Shown here: piece after piece, positions 58,592 through 64,000 of the stretch
How positions within the stretch are numbered: position 1 is the stretch's first letter
How the letters are laid out: each line of letters begins with the position of its first letter
NCBI GenBank assembly: GCA_964629685.1
Contig: CAZVTT010000001.1
Span: 513,319-577,318, forward strand
Direction: 5' to 3'
DNA from: an uncultured Gammaproteobacteria bacterium
GTDB lineage: Bacteria; Patescibacteriota; Microgenomatia; UBA10105; UBA927
Length of the DNA: 64,000 nucleotides
The notes under the pieces: generated by a model
What the model was told of the DNA's origin: nothing
The model's input: the letters and a program-made list of their open reading frames with translations, nothing else
Databases searched by the model: none
Made by a program: the position numbers and the translations under genes

Positions 58592-60778
58592 ATGTCAGGA
58601 ATACCTGAACCAGAACCAAGACCGATACATGATGAAATTCCCGAAGTAAGTACTACGGATGAATCCGCTGCGCTTATAGCCGGGCACCAGGGTATGTCTG
58701 TTCCGGGACTTGAGGATACCGGACATCAGCTACTCGCACAGGAGGTAAATCAAATCAAACCAAATCTTCCTGAAGGATCTGCCTGCGGAATACGGTGTGG
58801 GGATTGTGATTTCTGCGGTGATAGTATGACCTTTAAAGGTAATGTTTTTGAAATTGATGATACTATCCCGGATGCGATGAGGGCATATATTATCGGGAAT
58901 GGTTTTGGGATGAAAGTAAGAACATGGAATCATGAGAAACTGGGAGAAGAAGCACAGTTTGATTTTCAGAAAGGAATAAAGCATTTTAAGGGAACATTAC
59001 GGAGTAATGGTGAAATCGATTTAACGGTAACAGATCTGACAGCGGAAACGGAATTGGTCAAGGTGCGAGAAACGATTGCAGCTGCAGAACCGATGCAAAC
59101 AGAACCTGTGATTGTAAAACAACCAGAAATTGAAACTCAGGTATTGCCGCAAGTTCCTACGCAACCGCGTGAACATCGTCATAGCCGGCAATATACGCAT
59201 ATACAGGTTAGTGCGGAAACGATTGAAGAAATGAGCCCGGTGATTACGTATACGGAATCAGTTGAACCGGTGTCTCCACTCGCTCAGAATGTTGTACATA
59301 CGTACACTGAAACCGCTGCCGTATCAGCACCAATTCCGGAAAATTCTGTGTCTGAGAAGCGGGTTTCGGAACACACCGGAATACAGATTGAATCGCCATC
59401 AATATCCGGGTCGGCACTTGTCGTCGGTGAACTTCCGGTTCCCGAGATAGGGAATCCATACGTTTTATCGGAGCGCAATATTCCGATTGTGGCAGAAGTA
59501 TCGGAAGAAACCGGGACGAATGCATTTCCTCTTGAAGCTCAAACAATTAGGGTACAAGATCGGATTTTTCCGGTAGGACAACAGACAGGTGAAGTTGGCG
59601 AATTTATAACCACTGTTCCTTCCGAATCATTTACGCAAATAGTACCGGAAACCGGGGAATCCGCAAATGATTGGGAATTGAGACCGATTACGGTTAAGCC
59701 TGAGCTACAGGGTATTGCAAAGGTTCAACCTGTCGATGCCATATCGAGCGAAGATAAAACGGAGCCGTTAGCTACCGTGCATCTTGTACCAGAAGTTACG
59801 ATTACGACAGTAACGAATATTCCGGATCATTCGGAAATTATTCGTACTCCTGGTACTAATGATCAACCATCGAAAGGAACAGATACCATCGAATTCTCTG
59901 AACAAGCTACAGTTATAACAGAACAGATAAGTACGGAAGGGAAAAGCCAAGTCGAAACTGAAACGTATCCCGAAGCAGAATCTACTGATAAAACGGTAGA
60001 TACGTCAGATCAATCAGATTCTCAGGTGCAATTAACCCAGGTGGTGGAAACACATTTGAAGGCTCGCGAAGCATTATGGCAATTTGTAGGGAGTATTGCT
60101 ACGGCGATCGAAACTTCCGCCACAGCTCAAATTTTCGTAGAACCCGCTGCAATATCTTTGGATTCAGAAACGCATGACATAGTCGGAGAAGACGATATCG
60201 TTGCCAATTTCAGCGAATCTGAACTAAATAGCGAAACGGTTGATCCGTTCATTTCTGTCGCGGAAACACCTTTGCATATGGAAGCATCTTCCGAATCTCA
60301 TGCCCGAGTGGAGGTTGTAGTTGCCCCTCAGGCAGATGCTGTAGTTGAACAGTTTTTAAACAAAGGAGGATTTTCTCCGGTAGTACAGGAGCAGTCCGAT
60401 AAAGCATTAAAAGTTGCCGTATTTGTCCGTTACGAACGAGGTAAAAGTTACCATATTATTGTAGACCGACGGGCGGAAGAGACACGACTGGTAGGTTCCG
60501 AAACTGCTTTTATACTTCTGAGAAAGTCTTTGCAGGATTCGCTTAAGGAAAAAGTAAACGTATGGAGTTCTGACAGGGCGGCGGATCAGATGGAAAAAGA
60601 AGATGATGCCTTCCTTATATGGGCAGGGGCAATGTCATTCTTTTCCTATATTGGTTGGTTAATGTATATATTATTTATGTCTGAATTTTTTTCAGATTCT
60701 GATACAGCAGCGTGTAGTTGTGGCGGTGCCTGTCAGAAACGTAGCACTCCCCATTCTACGGTTGTGGTAAATGCGTAA
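58592..60778 (+). CDS. Large acidic low-complexity hypothetical protein with Cys clusters and a C-terminal TM
   Basis: About 730 aa open frame rich in E/T/P/V; CGIRCGDCDFC near the N-terminus, hydrophobic segment and CSCGGAC at the C-terminus. Confidence 0.65.
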   Translation: MSGIPEPEPRPIHDEIPEVSTTDESAALIAGHQGMSVPGLEDTGHQLLAQEVNQIKPNLPEGSACGIRCGDCDFCGDSMTFKGNVFEIDDTIPDAMRAYIIGNGFGMKVRTWNHEKLGEEAQFDFQKGIKHFKGTLRSNGEIDLTVTDLTAETELVKVRETIAAAEPMQTEPVIVKQPEIETQVLPQVPTQPREHRHSRQYTHIQVSAETIEEMSPVITYTESVEPVSPLAQNVVHTYTETAAVSAPIPENSVSEKRVSEHTGIQIESPSISGSALVVGELPVPEIGNPYVLSERNIPIVAEVSEETGTNAFPLEAQTIRVQDRIFPVGQQTGEVGEFITTVPSESFTQIVPETGESANDWELRPITVKPELQGIAKVQPVDAISSEDKTEPLATVHLVPEVTITTVTNIPDHSEIIRTPGTNDQPSKGTDTIEFSEQATVITEQISTEGKSQVETETYPEAESTDKTVDTSDQSDSQVQLTQVVETHLKAREALWQFVGSIATAIETSATAQIFVEPAAISLDSETHDIVGEDDIVANFSESELNSETVDPFISVAETPLHMEASSESHARVEVVVAPQADAVVEQFLNKGGFSPVVQEQSDKALKVAVFVRYERGKSYHIIVDRRAEETRLVGSETAFILLRKSLQDSLKEKVNVWSSDRAADQMEKEDDAFLIWAGAMSFFSYIGWLMYILFMSEFFSDSDTAACSCGGACQKRSTPHSTVVVNA

Positions 60779-60802
60779 AGATCCGACACAAATCGGTTGT
60801 CT

Positions 60803-61552
60803 ATGAGACTTGTTTCTCTTGCTCCCGCAACTACGGAAATAATTAGTGAGTTAGGTTGTGCAGATCAACTCGTTGCCGTAAGCTCGTTTTGTGATTTTCC
60901 ACCCAGCGTAAAGCTGTTACCAAAAATGGGTGGATGGACCACTGCCAGTATTCCTAAATTATATGAACTAGAACCGGAACTAATATTTACGTCTTACTAT
61001 TTACCCCAGGGACTACGTCAGTGGACAGGTCCCGGGAAAGTAATACATGTATCACCGTTTACGCTTCAGGATGTATTGGCTTCCATTCTTCAGATAGGCA
61101 GTGCCATTCATGTTCGTGCCCGTGCAGAACGTCTTGTTCGTACACTACAGCGGAATTTGGAAACACTTCAGGCGGAATCCCGGATTCGGAAATGTACGGT
61201 CTATATGGAAGAATGGTCAAATCCTCCCATGGTTGCCGGAAACTGGGTTCCCGAAATGGTGGAAATTGCCGGGGGAATTCCCGTACTGAGCCATAAAGGT
61301 GAACCGAGTTACGAATACGCCTGGGAGCAACTTCAAACAATCAATCCTGATATTATTATTTGTCATTGGTGCGGCGCCGGAGTTCGTGAACCTGGGGAGT
61401 TTATACGTCAACGACCGCGATGGAATCAACTCAGTGCAGTAAAACAAAATAAGATAGGCACAATAGACGATTCGCTAATAAATAGGCCTGGTCCACGGTT
61501 AGTATCCGGAATTATTGAGATCAGGAAATTACTTGAAAAATGGGGATATTAA
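60803..61552 (+). CDS. BtuF-like cobalamin/siderophore-binding protein
   Basis: R.VSLAP..TE....LG, VS.FCD.P, EEW..P, NPD.I, RPGPRL. Confidence 0.85.
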   Translation: MRLVSLAPATTEIISELGCADQLVAVSSFCDFPPSVKLLPKMGGWTTASIPKLYELEPELIFTSYYLPQGLRQWTGPGKVIHVSPFTLQDVLASILQIGSAIHVRARAERLVRTLQRNLETLQAESRIRKCTVYMEEWSNPPMVAGNWVPEMVEIAGGIPVLSHKGEPSYEYAWEQLQTINPDIIICHWCGAGVREPGEFIRQRPRWNQLSAVKQNKIGTIDDSLINRPGPRLVSGIIEIRKLLEKWGY

Positions 61553-61623
61553 TAGATGCGGTGGTCCGGAATTTTATCTTATCGTGATATGATATAAACG
61601 GATAAAGACAGATAGGTTTTATT

Positions 61624-61836
61624 ATGCGTCGGAAAGAAATTGATCGTATTGCTACAGGTCTATTACTTATTTCCGGTTTAATCTGGGCGATTTATGGTGT
61701 ATTTGATATAAATCTGGTCGGAACGGTTTTTTCCTATGCTCCGATGCTTGCTCAAATCGTATATATTTCGTTTGGTTTAGCCAGCGTGTATGGGGTGTGG
61801 CGGTGGCTACGTGATCATTACAGTCCAAAAGCATAA
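61624..61836 (+). CDS. DUF378 family small membrane protein
   Basis: L.I.GL.W...G.F..NLV..VF......IVY...GL. Confidence 0.8.
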   Translation: MRRKEIDRIATGLLLISGLIWAIYGVFDINLVGTVFSYAPMLAQIVYISFGLASVYGVWRWLRDHYSPKA

Positions 61837-61878
61837 ACCGCGGTAGTGTTTCGCCTCCTGAGCGGCTATAATACCAAC

Positions 61879-62706
61879 ATGCGAAAACTTCTTTGTGTAT
61901 TTGCACATCCTGATGATGAATCTTTTACGTCCGCCGGTACTATTGCTAAGTACGTAAAAGCGGGTTGGCAGGTTGATCTGGTATGTGTTACCAGAGGCGA
62001 AGCAGGACAAACAGGTATCTATGGTGATATTTCTAAACGGGAATTGTCCGAAATCCGTACAAAAGAAATGGAAACTGCCATGGAAATTTTGGGAATTGCT
62101 TCAGTTACGTTTTTAGATTATCGCGATCATAAACTGTCTGCCCTCAATCCCGGTGAATTGGAAGACAAAATATACCAGAGTATGCATGAACTGAAGCCTG
62201 ATGTTGTCATTACATTTGAACCGAATGGTATTTCCAACCATCCGGATCACAGTAAAACTACTTTAGCGACGACGTACGTATTCCAGAAGTATGCGTATGA
62301 AGTGGCCCATCCTAAGGCTCCAGGTGCCCGTGATCCCGCCCGTTATGATCAATTATCGTTTGCGGAGTCTGAAGCAGTAACGTCAGAACCTAAGTTATAT
62401 TACGCCTGTATGCCTGAAAGCGTGGCGACGTATTTACGTCAAAAAAAGGTTATTCCCGGTTTAAGTTTCGGTAAACCTTGGGTTGGTGTAGAAGATAAAC
62501 GAATTACCACAGTAATCGATACCAAACGTTACGCATCGGTAAAATTAAAGGCTTTGCACGCCCATGTTTCTCAGGCTGCCGACGTAGATAAGTTTCTGTC
62601 AATTGAACCGCAACCACTTGTGCAGCAGGAATTCTATATACTGCGTATGCAGGGTGAGTCGGAAATATTTATGGGCAAAAATGATCAGGTGTCCAACCGA
62701 CTGTAG
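61879..62706 (+). CDS. PIG-L/LmbE family deacetylase (MshB/BshB-like)
   Basis: FAHPDDE, TRGEAG, R..E, HPDH, K..AL.AH.SQ. Confidence 0.9.
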   Translation: MRKLLCVFAHPDDESFTSAGTIAKYVKAGWQVDLVCVTRGEAGQTGIYGDISKRELSEIRTKEMETAMEILGIASVTFLDYRDHKLSALNPGELEDKIYQSMHELKPDVVITFEPNGISNHPDHSKTTLATTYVFQKYAYEVAHPKAPGARDPARYDQLSFAESEAVTSEPKLYYACMPESVATYLRQKKVIPGLSFGKPWVGVEDKRITTVIDTKRYASVKLKALHAHVSQAADVDKFLSIEPQPLVQQEFYILRMQGESEIFMGKNDQVSNRL

Positions 62707-62714
62707 CTACTGTC

Positions 62715-62747
62715 TTGAAGATTGATTGTAATATCTATTACAATCAA
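62715..62747 (+). promoter_or_regulatory. suf promoter (TTGAAG-18-TACAAT) overlapped by a perfect 12-2-12 inverted repeat
   Basis: TTGATTGTAATA-TC-TATTACAATCAA at 62722-62747. Confidence 0.6.
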
Positions 62748-62794
62748 CCAACGTAACCTCGATCGCATGCCACGAGTAGTAAAGGAGCATATGT

Positions 62795-63625
62795 ATGAAA
62801 CAGACTTCAAAAAGTTCGCTCGCGTTGGATATTAAGCACTTGGTTGTTTCCGTGGAAGGTAAAGAAATACTTAAAGGTATTTCCCTGCAGATTCCTCCCG
62901 GTGAAGTTCATGCTGTTATGGGTCCAAACGGGAGCGGTAAGTCTACCCTGGCGTATTCACTTATGGGACACCCTGCTTATCAGATTGAGACGGGAAAAAA
63001 ATCTGGAATATGGTTAAACGGTGTGAACCTGTTGGAATTGCCGCCCGAAGATCGGGCTAAACACGGTGTCTTTTTGGCGTTCCAGTCTCCTATTGCCATC
63101 CCAGGAGTAAACGTAGTGAATTTACTGCGGACGGCGTATCAGCAAATACATGCGGATACTTCCGCTGCTAAAAAAAGTGAAGTGCAGAATCCGCTTCTTG
63201 CCCGCCGTTGGCAGGCTGGAGGAATAACATTGGCGCAGTTTACATCCAGGTTAAAAGAGTTAGGATCATTGCTGCGAATCGATGAAACTTTTTTTACGCG
63301 GGGGATTCATGACGGATTTTCCGGTGGTGAAAAAAAGAAAATAGAAATGTTACAGGCGCTGGTGCTTCAACCGAAGTTTGCGATTTTTGACGAGATTGAT
63401 ACCGGTCTTGATGTGGATGCATTAAAAATTGTGGCGGAAGGAATGGAGCGATTAAAACAGGAAGGCACGGGAGTACTGGTTATTACGCATTATCAGCGTA
63501 TTCTTAAATACGTAAAACCGGATGTTATTCATGTATTGGTAAAGGGCAAAATGGTAGATACCGGTGATGCATCTCTGGCGCAACGGATTGAAGAACAAGG
63601 ATACAAAAAGTATTTAGAAGGATAA
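62795..63625 (+). CDS. sufC: Fe-S cluster assembly ATPase
   Basis: GEVHAVMGPNGSGKSTL, FLAFQ.P..IPGV, GFSGGEKKK, DE.D.GLDVDAL, ITHYQRIL. Confidence 0.96.
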   Translation: MKQTSKSSLALDIKHLVVSVEGKEILKGISLQIPPGEVHAVMGPNGSGKSTLAYSLMGHPAYQIETGKKSGIWLNGVNLLELPPEDRAKHGVFLAFQSPIAIPGVNVVNLLRTAYQQIHADTSAAKKSEVQNPLLARRWQAGGITLAQFTSRLKELGSLLRIDETFFTRGIHDGFSGGEKKKIEMLQALVLQPKFAIFDEIDTGLDVDALKIVAEGMERLKQEGTGVLVITHYQRILKYVKPDVIHVLVKGKMVDTGDASLAQRIEEQGYKKYLEG

Positions 63626-63630
63626 GTTCT

Positions 63631-64000
63631 ATGAATCAACCGGATCCAATTGATAATACATACAAATACGGCTTCAGTAAGCCGGAACATTATGTTTATA
63701 AATCCGCCAAGGGATTGGATGCAGAAGTTGTAAAAAATATTAGCTGGCACAAAGGCGAACCCGAGTGGATGCAGAAATTCAGGCTACAAAGTTTAAAAAT
63801 TTTTGAGAAAAAACAACTTCCCCCCTGGGGTGCGGATTTATCGGGGATAAATTTTTCGGATATTTATTATTATATTAAACCGACAAGCAATAAAGTAAAT
63901 TCCTGGGATGATTTACCCCCGGAGATTAAAGATACGTATGACAAAATCGGAATTCCGGAAGCTGAGAAAAAGTATTTAGCTGGGGTTAGTGCGCAATACG
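63631..64000 (+). CDS. sufB: Fe-S cluster assembly protein SufB (N-terminal part, truncated by window end)
   Basis: YKYGF..., KGL...VV..IS..K.EPEWM..FRL, P.WG.DLS.I.F..I.YY, WDDLP.EIK.TYDKIGIPEAE...LAGV.AQY. Confidence 0.95.
   Translation, partial: MNQPDPIDNTYKYGFSKPEHYVYKSAKGLDAEVVKNISWHKGEPEWMQKFRLQSLKIFEKKQLPPWGADLSGINFSDIYYYIKPTSNKVNSWDDLPPEIKDTYDKIGIPEAEKKYLAGVSAQY

Noticed and set aside
1-64000. CRISPR arrays, tRNA/rRNA, transposases, integrases, prophage, stop-codon recoding
   Set aside because: No regular repeat-spacer pattern or RNA-gene signature noticed by eye; intergenic gaps are short; conserved genes end normally at TGA/TAA/TAG under code 11. A tRNAscan/Infernal run would be needed to be certain

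Overview
AT-rich, gene-dense bacterial chromosomal segment. Gene content and style suggest a Candidate Phyla Radiation/Patescibacteria (Microgenomates-like) organism; this is inference, as no rRNA is present. No rRNA, tRNA, CRISPR array or mobile element was recognised. The main feature is a 10-gene minus-strand LysW-carrier (alpha-aminoadipate) lysine biosynthesis operon at 48939-57661: lysW (missed by the ORF track), lysX, lysY, homocitrate synthase, homoaconitase large and small subunits, homoisocitrate dehydrogenase, lysZ and lysJ. The usual M20 carboxypeptidase LysK is absent and the last gene is an N-terminal-Cys (class II GATase/EgtC-like) hydrolase, a candidate non-orthologous LysK replacement. 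A putative HTH/ACT regulator is transcribed divergently. Also present: a Pat acetyltransferase plus Zn-dependent deacetylase pair, znuACB with a Fur/Zur-type box, a MacAB-like system with a two-component pair and matching direct repeats, several GT-C/GT2 surface-glycosylation genes, a tripartite acyltransferase-DUF2341-deacetylase-like fusion, sufC-sufB behind a long palindrome, two further small unlisted ORFs (one CC1/DUF5679-like), and many apparently leaderless promoters.
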